A stretch of DNA of 41,864 nt, from the NCBI GenBank assembly GCA_029858605.1, contig JAOUET010000001.1:1-41864 (forward strand), given 5' to 3'. The stretch's first letter is position 1. Each line of letters begins with the position of its first letter. This document shows positions 1 through 10,565 of this stretch, one piece after another. Made by a program: the position numbers and the translations under genes. A model generated the notes under the pieces. That model saw only the letters and a program-made list of their open reading frames with translations. It ran no database searches and was not told where the DNA came from. This DNA comes from Coriobacteriia bacterium. Lineage in GTDB: Bacteria; Actinomycetota; Coriobacteriia; Anaerosomatales; JAENZW01.

Positions 1-699
1 GTGCTCGCGAACGCGGCCGCACACACGAACGTGGAGGGGGCCGAGGATGACCCCGAGGTCGCGTATCTGGTGAACGAGCGCGGCGCACAGTCCGTCGCGC
101 TCGCCGCAGCGACCCACGACCTGACTCTCGTTCACGTGTCGACCGACTTCGTGTTCGATGGAACGAAGGCATCACCCTACACCGAAGAGGACGAACCCAA
201 TCCGCTGTCGATCTACGGCGCATCGAAGCTTGCGGGCGAGAGGGCAGTGAAAGATGTCTGTCCCGCAGCCCTCATCGTGCGTACGGCCTGGGTGTTCGGC
301 GAGAACGGCCGCAACTTCCCGGTCAAGATACTCGAGGTCGCCCGCGAGAAGGGAAGCGTGTCGGTCGTCGAGGACGAGATCGGGTCGCCGACCTACACGG
401 TCGACCTCGCGCGCGGGATTCTCGGCCTGGTCGAGGCTGGTGCTTCAGGCCTGGTCCACCTCGCGGGTGCCGGCTCGTGTTCGCGCTACGAGCTCGCCCG
501 AGAGACGCTGCGCGTGGCCGGCGTGGAGGCCGAGGTGCTTCCCGTGGGCGGCGCCGAATTCCCTACCAAGGCGGCGCGCCCGGCCAATTCGGTCCTCGAT
601 TGTTCGCGCGCCGCGGGCTTCGGGGTCGTCATGCCGCATTGGGAAGACGCTCTGGCGCGTTTCCTCAGCAGGTCCGGCAGCACGGCAAGCGTCTCCTGA
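1..699 (+). CDS. rmlD: dTDP-4-dehydrorhamnose reductase (RmlD/RfbD), 5'-truncated at window edge
   Basis: ORF open from base 1. Translation has STDFVFDG and the catalytic YGASK (YxxxK) of SDR-type RmlD. The N-terminal GxxGxxG part lies outside the window. Confidence 0.85.
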   Translation: MLANAAAHTNVEGAEDDPEVAYLVNERGAQSVALAAATHDLTLVHVSTDFVFDGTKASPYTEEDEPNPLSIYGASKLAGERAVKDVCPAALIVRTAWVFGENGRNFPVKILEVAREKGSVSVVEDEIGSPTYTVDLARGILGLVEAGASGLVHLAGAGSCSRYELARETLRVAGVEAEVLPVGGAEFPTKAARPANSVLDCSRAAGFGVVMPHWEDALARFLSRSGSTASVS

Positions 700-718
700 A
701 CGATCAGCCTACCTTCGG

Positions 719-1006
719 CTACTTGTCGTCTCTGGAGCCCGCGATCGCCAGATAGATCCTCGCCACCAGGAGAGCACCGACCGCAGAGCCCAAGAGTCCT
801 GTCGTGTGGAACGTGATGCCCTCGCCCGATAGGAGGCCCGCCAGCAGCCCGCCGGCGAAGGAGCCCGCTACGCCGATCACGAATAGCAGAGGCCAGTTCG
901 GCCGACGATCCTTCGAGAGACCCGAAGCCTTGCCGAAGACGAGATAGGCGATCCAGCCGGATGCGAGACCGATGAGCAGTAGTGACATGAGGAACAAGTA
1001 GAGCAT
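719..1006 (-). CDS. GlsB/YeaQ/YmgE-family small membrane protein
   Basis: 95 aa with three glycine-rich hydrophobic helices (GWIAYLVFG, VIGVAGSFAGGLLAGLL, LLGSAVGALLV) typical of the transglycosylase-associated (GlsB/YeaQ) family. Confidence 0.75.
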   Translation of the reverse strand: MLYLFLMSLLLIGLASGWIAYLVFGKASGLSKDRRPNWPLLFVIGVAGSFAGGLLAGLLSGEGITFHTTGLLGSAVGALLVARIYLAIAGSRDDK

Positions 1007-1106
1007 CGCGTCCCCCTCCAGTTGTCAGTCGGCTGCGCTTTCGGATTGTGCCCAGCACACCCGAAGCGCCCGCGTTCGAGAGTATTGTGCCCGACTATCG
1101 CGGGCG

Positions 1107-1832
1107 CTATTCGGTCAGCATTGAGGCCACGGCCTCGTCCGGGTTCGCGAAGTGCACGACTCGCCATCTCGGCTCGCCCTGACTGCTCTGCCGCTCGACC
1201 GTCAGTCGGACGGTGATCCAATCCGAAGACGCGCCATTCGCGTACGGATCTTGTCCCGGATCGACTTGGTCCAGGTCGGGGATTCGGCCTTCGAGGACTG
1301 CGACACCTCCGTCGTTCTCCACGATCACGCCCGTTTCGAACGCGTACGGAAGTGCGACCAGCAGTTCGAACACGCCCATGTACACGAGCTGTTTCTCCGC
1401 TTCGCTCATATACGCCGTCCGTGCTTCGACAGCCGTCTCCAGATCGGTCATGAGTGTCTCTGCGTCGACATACTTGTCAAACAGCATTTCGTCGTCTTGC
1501 TCCATAGCCTTCTTGGCCTGGTCCACGGCATACTTCGGTCCCACCCGGTACCTCGAGTAGCTGAAGCCTGCGATGGCAGATACCAGGGCGACGACCGCGA
1601 TGACGGCCGCGACTATCAGCAGAATGGTCTTGCGGTGACTTGCTCGCTTCGCAGTCAAGCCCCCGGCGCACTCCGCGCACAGACTTCGTCCGCCGATGGA
1701 CTGCATTCGCCATGGACGCTCGGGCCTTCCGCATGACTCGCATGTCTCGGTCGCGAGATCTGTCTCGCTGACCACGACGCGTGCTGCCGAATCGTCCGCA
1801 TCGACGGGAGGCTGGGCTCCCGTTTCGTTCAT
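1107..1832 (-). CDS. hypothetical zinc-ribbon / single-TM membrane protein
   Basis: Contains CESCG...CAEC (CxxC-x18-CxxC), then a TM helix (ILLIVAAVIAVVALVSAIAGF) and a ~170-aa extracytoplasmic domain. Start chosen at ATG 1832 (GGAG 6 nt upstream); ATG 1871 is possible. The longer 1107..2060 ORF runs through tRNA-Asp and was rejected. Confidence 0.6.
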   Translation of the reverse strand: MNETGAQPPVDADDSAARVVVSETDLATETCESCGRPERPWRMQSIGGRSLCAECAGGLTAKRASHRKTILLIVAAVIAVVALVSAIAGFSYSRYRVGPKYAVDQAKKAMEQDDEMLFDKYVDAETLMTDLETAVEARTAYMSEAEKQLVYMGVFELLVALPYAFETGVIVENDGGVAVLEGRIPDLDQVDPGQDPYANGASSDWITVRLTVERQSSQGEPRWRVVHFANPDEAVASMLTE

Positions 1833-1958
1833 GCGGATCTCCATATCCTGGGCATGAGCGGTCGCGCTCATTCTCGCCGAGCAAGCGCGTGTGGACAACC
1901 GCTGCCTCGGGTCGCTACAATACCGAGGCTGTGTCCGCTGTCGCGGACGCCCCTGCGC

Positions 1959-2035
1959 GGGGGTGTAGCTCAGCCGGTTAGAGCGCTGGCCTGTCAAGCC
2001 AGAGGTCGCGGGTTCGAGCCCCGTCACTCCCGCCA
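1959..2035 (+). tRNA. tRNA-Asp (anticodon GTC)
   Basis: Cloverleaf read by hand: GGGGGTG/TA/GCTC-AGCCGGTTA-GAGC/G/CTGGC-CTGTCAA-GCCAG/AGGTC/GCGGG-TTCGAGC-CCCGT/CACTCCC/G/CCA. Encoded CCA, discriminator G. Confidence 0.93.
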
Positions 2036-2045
2036 CGTAAACCTC

Positions 2046-2080
2046 AGAGGCCGGTGGCATTCTCGGTGCCGCCGGCCTCT
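2046..2080 (+). terminator. 13-bp stem-loop downstream of tRNA-Asp (possible terminator)
   Basis: AGAGGCCGGTGGC (2046-2058) pairs with GCCGCCGGCCTCT (2068-2080) with one G-U pair and a 9-nt loop. No clear U-tract follows. Confidence 0.4.
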
Positions 2081-2621
2081 CGCGTGCCAGCGTATCGCGT
2101 GAGATCAGCGCCCCTTTCTGGTTGAGACTTATGTCACGCTAGCAGCCGGATCGAGTTCGAATGACCTCACCTGGGCGTGCGATTCGACGCACTTGAAGTG
2201 CGGCAAACCTCACGTGGGGTGCGAACGTGCGCACATCGTGTGCGAGATACAACACATGGCGGTTCGTTGATGTCGAGAGGGGTACATAGGCAGGGGAACA
2301 TCGCCCAACCGGTTGCCGCAAAGGCAAACTCGCAGCAACGTCTGAATCGGGTGGTGCATATGGTAGGTTCGCATGCCTGACGGGGCAACATCGCGATAAG
2401 CGACGTCCCGACAAACAGCACGCTGGTAGCCTGCCAGTCATTCCTCCGACACTGAAGCGCCGCTCTCGGTCGCAGCCCCGGAAACGTGGGCGCGCAAAAC
2501 TCGCTTCTGGATAGTCATCTATCGCCAGACACGTTCGTGGTCGACGTGCACAATCATCGGTCCCTCACGGGCGCCCGCATGGCCTGCCATGTGAATCACA
2601 TCACAAGAAGGGAGTGGTTTG

Positions 2622-3143
2622 GTGATGGATGAGAAGCGCAAGAAGGCGATCCTAGCAGCGGTTGGCAGATGGACCTGGGGATCGCTGGTCGTTCTGATCG
2701 CAGGTAGTGCGCTGGTGGTTGCGTACGTTCTGCTCGATTGGGCGGACTATGCGGCCATGTGCCTGCTCGGAATCTTGGCTGGACTGTCCGCGTCGTACGC
2801 GCTGGTCGGAAGAGACAACCACCGCACCAGCTCCTACTACGTGGCACTTGCCTTCGGACTGGTGCTGCTCCCTGCGATCGCGATCTACCTAGGGTGGGTC
2901 GCTGCCTACGACGAGGTCGCCTTCACTTCATGGAACGGGGCTCTGACGCCCTTCGCAGCTTTCGCGCTCGTGACGCTTTCGACTCGCGCGATCCTTTCGG
3001 GCATCTGGCGTCCGAGGGAGATCGAGGAGGAGGTTGCCGAAGAGGTGGAGGAGGAGTCCGCGTGGCTCGTGCCCAAGCCGGTGTCGGTAGCCAGCCTCAC
3101 GGGCGGCGAAACCGAGGAGACAGAAGTCGCGGAAGGAGCGTGA
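2622..3143 (+). CDS. 4-TM membrane protein with acidic C-terminal tail, first gene of the atp operon (possible AtpI-like)
   Basis: AAGGGAG at 2608-2614, then TTG 2619 / GTG 2622 / ATG 2625. Four predicted TM helices, then an EIEEEVAEEVEEE tail. Sits directly upstream of the atpZ-like gene and atpB. No specific family recognised. Confidence 0.6.
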   Translation: MMDEKRKKAILAAVGRWTWGSLVVLIAGSALVVAYVLLDWADYAAMCLLGILAGLSASYALVGRDNHRTSSYYVALAFGLVLLPAIAIYLGWVAAYDEVAFTSWNGALTPFAAFALVTLSTRAILSGIWRPREIEEEVAEEVEEESAWLVPKPVSVASLTGGETEETEVAEGA

Positions 3144-3149
3144 TGAGCC

Positions 3150-3371
3150 ATGGCCGAGCTGATTCCTGATGATTTTCTGCGAGCCATAGGAATTTGGTCG
3201 CTCATCCCGAGCTACCTGATCGCGGGAGGCTTCATCGGATACGGTCTGGATCGGTGGCTCGACTTGTTCCCGATCCTCACTTGCATAGGGATGCTCTTGG
3301 CTCTCGCCCTCGCCGTTCGCGACATGATGCGGCTCAAGGACACATTCCCGAAGTCGCAACAGCCGACGTGA
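3150..3371 (+). CDS. atpZ: AtpZ/AtpI-family small membrane protein (ATPase_gene1-like)
   Basis: 73 aa, two TM helices, with GGFIGYGLDRWLDLFP resembling the G-x-G-x-x-LD-x-W motif of the AtpZ family. Immediately precedes atpB. Confidence 0.65.
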   Translation: MAELIPDDFLRAIGIWSLIPSYLIAGGFIGYGLDRWLDLFPILTCIGMLLALALAVRDMMRLKDTFPKSQQPT

Positions 3372-3385
3372 GGGGGTGATCCAAG

Positions 3386-4096
3386 ATGCTATCCGAGCCC
3401 GTACGACATGCGATGCCCTACATCGCACTGTTCAACTTCACGTTGGTCGGAGTCGTGCTCGTGGTGCTCGGCACACTTGCGGGCCGCAGGATGATGACCG
3501 AGGTACCCGAGAGCGTTCAGAATCTCGCGGAGTTCACCACGGACTGGTTCGTGAAGCAGGCTCGTGGGATGGGATCCGATGTCGTGATGCTGGCGGCGCC
3601 TTTCCTCGCGACGATATTCGCCCTCATTTTGGGGTGCAACCTTCTGATGCTCGTGCCCTTGCCGATCATCCACATCCCGCCAACGGCGTTCTACAGCGTT
3701 CCACTGGCCATGGCGCTGACAGCCATCTTCGGCATTGTCGTGCTCAACGGGATCCACCGCGGGATTCTGCCGGCGGTGACCCACCTGGTGTGGCCCAATC
3801 CCATCCAACTCGTGTCGGAGGTCTCCGACGTGCTGTCGCTGTCGCTGCGACTCTTCGGCAACATCGGCGGCGAGTACATGGTCGTCTTGCTCGTAACGCA
3901 AGCGGCGCCGATTGGGATTCCGGTGATCATCCATGGCCTGGGGCTGATTCCATCGTTCATCCAGCCCCTCGTGTTCACGTTGCTCACAGCGAACTTCCTT
4001 GCAACCGCAATACACCACGAAAGCAAGGAGGGCGAGCCCGCAGAGAGCGAGCGAGCCCCGGCTGCATCCGCAGCCGCAGCAAGCGGGGCCGCCTGA
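3386..4096 (+). CDS. atpB: F0F1 ATP synthase subunit a
   Basis: 236 aa polytopic membrane protein with the essential-Arg motif LSLRLFGNIGGE. GAGGGGG Shine-Dalgarno sequence upstream. Confidence 0.93.
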   Translation: MLSEPVRHAMPYIALFNFTLVGVVLVVLGTLAGRRMMTEVPESVQNLAEFTTDWFVKQARGMGSDVVMLAAPFLATIFALILGCNLLMLVPLPIIHIPPTAFYSVPLAMALTAIFGIVVLNGIHRGILPAVTHLVWPNPIQLVSEVSDVLSLSLRLFGNIGGEYMVVLLVTQAAPIGIPVIIHGLGLIPSFIQPLVFTLLTANFLATAIHHESKEGEPAESERAPAASAAAASGAA

Positions 4097-4136
4097 CGGC
4101 GGGCCTCGCCCGGTCTATGGACGGAGGTGACGTGCG

Positions 4137-4364
4137 ATGAGAGAAGTGCTCTTGATCTTCATCCCGACGCTCACGGTACTGCCCGCAGCCATCGCTGCGT
4201 CGATGGCGATGAGGAGGATATCGCTATCGGCCATCGAGGGTATCACCAGACAACCCGAGGTCGCCGCCCAGCTGTTCACTTCTATGCTGATCGGCATGGC
4301 GCTTATCGAGGCCTTGGTCATCTACTGCCTCGTTATCGCCCTCATGCTGGCCGGCAAGGTCTAG
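4137..4364 (+). CDS. atpE: F0F1 ATP synthase subunit c
   Basis: 75-aa helical hairpin with loop RQPE and carboxylate in ALIEALVIY. GGAGGTG Shine-Dalgarno sequence upstream. Confidence 0.93.
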   Translation: MREVLLIFIPTLTVLPAAIAASMAMRRISLSAIEGITRQPEVAAQLFTSMLIGMALIEALVIYCLVIALMLAGKV

Positions 4365-4399
4365 CTGCTGGGACGGATTCGAGGAAGGGGTGATACACG

Positions 4400-4927
4400 A
4401 TGGTTCTCGATCCCATTGGGCAGCTCAACGCGATCACGATAGTCGGCGTAATCGTCGTGTTCACGATCGTTCTCCTCATTCTGCGAAAGACGTTCTTCCG
4501 TCCCCTCATCACTGTGATGGAGGCGCGGCACGCGAAGATCGAAGAGGGTCGCCGTATTCGCGCGGAGGCCGCACGAATGATCTCGGAGGCCCAACTCGAG
4601 GCGGAAGCCTACCTGATCACGGCCGCCGAAGACCGAGAGAAGGCTTTGGCGGAAATCAAGACCGAGGCCGACAACCGTCGTGAACAGTTGCTCACCGAGG
4701 CCAATGTGAAGGCCAGCGCGATTCTGGCGGCGGGTCACGAAGAGGCAGCGGTTCTCCGCGAAGCCGAGGAGGCTCGGATGAGGGAAACGCTGACGACGTG
4801 TGTGACGCAGACGCTGTCCCGGCTGCTAGGCGAGGTCGACGAGAGAGCAGTCCGCACTCTGGTCGATCGCGAACTAGCCTCGAGAGAGACCGAGGGAAGG
4901 GAGGGGGACGATGGAACTCCTAAGTGA
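4400..4927 (+). CDS. atpF: F0F1 ATP synthase subunit b
   Basis: N-terminal TM helix followed by a long charged Ala/Glu/Arg-rich helix. Position after atpE. Confidence 0.88.
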   Translation: MVLDPIGQLNAITIVGVIVVFTIVLLILRKTFFRPLITVMEARHAKIEEGRRIRAEAARMISEAQLEAEAYLITAAEDREKALAEIKTEADNRREQLLTEANVKASAILAAGHEEAAVLREAEEARMRETLTTCVTQTLSRLLGEVDERAVRTLVDRELASRETEGREGDDGTPK

Positions 4928-5450
4928 GCTCGTTTCGGAGTTCCTGCACGAACTGACGACCACTGAGTACCTGATCGAGCTCGTGCAGGGTTCGTTGCTC
5001 ATCCTGATTCTCGTTCTCGCGCTGCCTCGGCTGCTCAAACCGCGACTAGCGGCAAGACGCCAGGGAATCATCGACGACCTCGAGGCGGCTGTTGCCGCAC
5101 CGGAGGAAGTCGAGCGAGCCGAAAAGGAGGCCAAGGCGGTCGTGGCCCGGGTTCGCAGGGAGGCGCATCGTACGAAGCTCGCCGCAAAGGCTGACGCCAT
5201 CGCAGAACGCGACGAGGCGATATCGGACGCCGAACGGGAGGCAGCCGAGATCGTCGAGCATGCGCACCAGACGGTCGAGGCCGAGAAGGCTTCGGTAAGC
5301 ACTGAAACGTGCGAGGAGATGGTCGGACTTGTCACGGTGATCGCAAGGCGCTTCTTGGACGAATCGCTGTCGGAGAAGGAGCGCCGAGCTCTCACCGAGC
5401 GTGTCGTGATGTCCAGTCTGGAGAACATCGACAGCCTGCATGTCGAATAG
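4911..5450 (+). CDS. atpF: F0F1 ATP synthase subunit b' (second b-type stalk subunit)
   Basis: Same architecture as b (TM LLILILVLALP plus a long charged helix). GGGAGGGGG Shine-Dalgarno sequence. Overlaps the end of the first b gene by 17 nt. Confidence 0.85.
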   Translation: MELLSELVSEFLHELTTTEYLIELVQGSLLILILVLALPRLLKPRLAARRQGIIDDLEAAVAAPEEVERAEKEAKAVVARVRREAHRTKLAAKADAIAERDEAISDAEREAAEIVEHAHQTVEAEKASVSTETCEEMVGLVTVIARRFLDESLSEKERRALTERVVMSSLENIDSLHVE

Positions 5451-5466
5451 CGAGGAGTAGGCGAAA

Positions 5467-7626
5467 GTGAACAACGATGTCGGAGCGGCCGGCACGCTGT
5501 GCGTGATTCTCAGGGTGCCGGTGACGCTCGAAGACGAGATCGTAGAGGACATTCGCAGGAGGCTGTGCGAGCTGACCGAGAAGGATGTGACCCTTGACGT
5601 ACGGGTCGATCCGGAGCTCGACGGAGCGCTGCTCGAGATCGGGCCTCGAACGCGCATAGCGTTCGATTTCGGCGACGTCGTCGGACGCCTCGAACGCGAC
5701 ATCCGATCGTCTCTGGGCGACGGCGAGGCAACCGGTCCCGAGAGGGTTGCGGATGCGGCGGCTGATGCGGCGTCCGCCCCGTTGCACGGGGTCTTGGGCA
5801 CCGTCCAGAGTTCCGGTCTTTGGCAAGCCCTGTCCCGAATGAAGGGCTCTTCGGCGCAGGTGCGCACTCGCGTCCCTGTCGACCCCGGTCTTGCCGAAGT
5901 GTTGGGCCGACGCCTCAGCGACGTCGCCGAGCGGCAGATCCAGGTGGAGTTCGTCACCGACCCGTCCATGGAGTCGGAGGCCGTGCTGCAACTTGGACCT
6001 GACATGAGCATCGATCTCGATACTCACGAGCAGATGCTGGAGTCGCTGGAGAGCGCACTCGCACAACGCGAGAAGTCACGTCTGCGCTCCGCCGACACGG
6101 CGGAAGCCTACGTCGCTCAGCTCGTTCGCCATATTCGACCGACGCTACGCCTCAAGGAGGCTACCGAACGCGGCTACGTCGAGCAGATCGGCGATGGCAT
6201 AGCCATCGTGCGAGGTCTGCGGCACGTTGGTGCCCAAGAAGTCGTCCAGTTCGAAGCGGGACCCTACGGCATCGCGTTCAACCTGCTCGAGAACGCAGTC
6301 GGCTGCATCATGCTTGGCGCCGAAGACGCCGTGGATGTCGGGACGGCGGTTCAAGCGACGGGGCGTCTGCTGGAAATCCCGACCGGTCCAGCTCTCGTCG
6401 GCCGAACCGTGAACGCGCTCGGCTATCCGCTGGATGGCAAGGGACCGGTGCCGCTCGACAACATGCGACAGGTAGAACGCGTCGCACCCAGTGTAGTCAG
6501 GCGACAGCAGGTGTCGGAGCCTCTGCACACGGGCATCAAGACGCTCGACGCGCTCGTTCCACTAGGCCGAGGACAGCGCGAGCTGGTCCTCGGCGATCGC
6601 AAGATCGGCAAGACGACACTCGCGATAGACACGATTCTCAGCCAGAAGGGCCACGGTGTGGTGTGCGTGTACGCGGCAATCGGGCAGAAGGCAACGACGG
6701 TGGCGCGAGTGCTCGACATCCTGCGGGAGAGGGGCGCGATGGAGTATACGGTGCTCGTCGTCGCATTCTCGAACGAGGAGCCGGCGTTTCGCTATCTCGT
6801 CCCGTACACCGCGTGTACGATCGCCGAGCAAGTCATGGACTCAGGAGGCCACTCGTTCGTGGTCTTCGACGACCTTTCGAAGCATGCCGTCACCTATCGG
6901 GAGATGTCGGCCCTGCTCAAACGGCCTATCGGTCGTGAGGCGTACCCGGGCGACGTCTTCTACATTCACTCGAGGCTGCTCGAGAGAGCCGCGCGGCTCC
7001 GCGACGACCTCGGGGGAGGTTCGATGACCGCCATGCCCATCGTTGAGACTCTGGCCGGGGACATTTCCGCATTCATCCCCACCAACGTGATCTCGATCTC
7101 GGACGGGCAGATCATGCTCGATTCCGGGCTGTTCAACGAAGGGTTCAGACCGGCGATGGATGCAGGACTGTCTGTATCGCGCGTGGGCGGCATGGCGCAG
7201 ACGCCGGCCATGAAGAAGGTGGCGGGTAGGCTGCGCATCGACCTCGCTCAATACGAGGAGATGGCGCAGTTCGTCAAGTTCGGTGCCGAAGTCGATCAGG
7301 CCACGCTCGACCAGCTGACGCGGGGAGAGCGCGAGCGGGAACTGCTCAAGCAGGACCAGCACTGTCCGATGCCCCTCGAGGAGGAGGTCGCCATCCTGTT
7401 CGCCGCGGTCAACGGGTACACGGACACGGTGCCGCTCGACGAGTTGCGCGTGTTCGAGGAGGAATACCTTCGCTTCCTCGAGTCGCGGCACCAAGCGGTG
7501 CTCGCCGCGATACGGGACACGCGTGATCTGGCGGCAGCCACCGAAGAGAGCCTGCACGCGGCTTCGCAGCAGTTCGTTCGCGAGTTCGAGTCGCAACGGG
7601 CGGCAGCCCGTCCTGCGGTTCGCTAG
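5467..7626 (+). CDS. atpA: F0F1 ATP synthase subunit alpha with a ~206-aa N-terminal extension of two delta(OSCP) C-terminal-domain-like modules
   Basis: 719-aa uninterrupted ORF. The C-terminal ~510 aa align by eye with alpha (GDRKIGKT Walker A, PGREAYPGDVFYIHSRLLERAA). The N-terminal part carries two copies of a V.V...L...VDP..-type delta C-terminal-domain pattern. GAGGAG lies 10 nt upstream of GTG 5467. Confidence 0.9.
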   Translation: MNNDVGAAGTLCVILRVPVTLEDEIVEDIRRRLCELTEKDVTLDVRVDPELDGALLEIGPRTRIAFDFGDVVGRLERDIRSSLGDGEATGPERVADAAADAASAPLHGVLGTVQSSGLWQALSRMKGSSAQVRTRVPVDPGLAEVLGRRLSDVAERQIQVEFVTDPSMESEAVLQLGPDMSIDLDTHEQMLESLESALAQREKSRLRSADTAEAYVAQLVRHIRPTLRLKEATERGYVEQIGDGIAIVRGLRHVGAQEVVQFEAGPYGIAFNLLENAVGCIMLGAEDAVDVGTAVQATGRLLEIPTGPALVGRTVNALGYPLDGKGPVPLDNMRQVERVAPSVVRRQQVSEPLHTGIKTLDALVPLGRGQRELVLGDRKIGKTTLAIDTILSQKGHGVVCVYAAIGQKATTVARVLDILRERGAMEYTVLVVAFSNEEPAFRYLVPYTACTIAEQVMDSGGHSFVVFDDLSKHAVTYREMSALLKRPIGREAYPGDVFYIHSRLLERAARLRDDLGGGSMTAMPIVETLAGDISAFIPTNVISISDGQIMLDSGLFNEGFRPAMDAGLSVSRVGGMAQTPAMKKVAGRLRIDLAQYEEMAQFVKFGAEVDQATLDQLTRGERERELLKQDQHCPMPLEEEVAILFAAVNGYTDTVPLDELRVFEEEYLRFLESRHQAVLAAIRDTRDLAAATEESLHAASQQFVREFESQRAAARPAVR

Positions 7627-7642
7627 CCGAGGAGCGTTCGGA

Positions 7643-10157
<2,515 letters not shown>

Positions 10158-10163
10158 TCCGGG

Positions 10164-10541
10164 ATGACCCCTTTCGTCCTGGAGATCATCACTCCTGACG
10201 GGAAGAGCTTCGTTGCCGAGGACATCGAGCAGGTCGTCTTCAGGCGCCGAGAGCACGTCCATGAGCAGGGGAGCGAAGTAGCCCTGTTCCCTTTGCACGG
10301 TCCGCTTCTGATGCGGATTCCCTGTACTCCGGTGCGCTACTCCTGTGGCGGCGAGATTCGTCACTTGGTGCTCGGAGGCGGGTTCGTCCAAGTCAAAGGA
10401 AGCAAGGTGTTGTGCGTGACTCCCAGGTTCCAGGCGGTGGGCGTCGACTCGCCTGAGGCCAGGAACGTGGCGAAGCGAATAGCAGACCAGTGGCTGGCCG
10501 AAGCGACAGACTTCATCGGCTCGATGACCGGGTTCAAGTAG
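10164..10541 (+). CDS. atpC: F0F1 ATP synthase subunit epsilon
   Basis: 125 aa. The N-terminal beta-sandwich pattern (FVLEIITPDGKSF...) and the position after atpD fit epsilon. The C-terminal helical region is short. Confidence 0.85.
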   Translation: MTPFVLEIITPDGKSFVAEDIEQVVFRRREHVHEQGSEVALFPLHGPLLMRIPCTPVRYSCGGEIRHLVLGGGFVQVKGSKVLCVTPRFQAVGVDSPEARNVAKRIADQWLAEATDFIGSMTGFK

Positions 10542-10565
10542 TCGGTGGCCGCATCGACGCGTACG

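Noticed and set aside
1107-2060. Full 317-aa ORF including the N-terminal extension MPPASEVYVAGVTGLEPATSG...
   Set aside because: The extension is the reverse-complement reading of tRNA-Asp (1959-2035) and its flanks. A start at 1832 or 1871 gives a sensible protein.
7523-7642. Upstream GTG start for gamma. The same applies to upstream starts for the genes at 13158, 27529, 29552, 37395, 10941 and 21995.
   Set aside because: These extensions overlap the preceding genes and encode Arg/Ser-rich sequence. Downstream starts have Shine-Dalgarno sequences and match the family N-termini.
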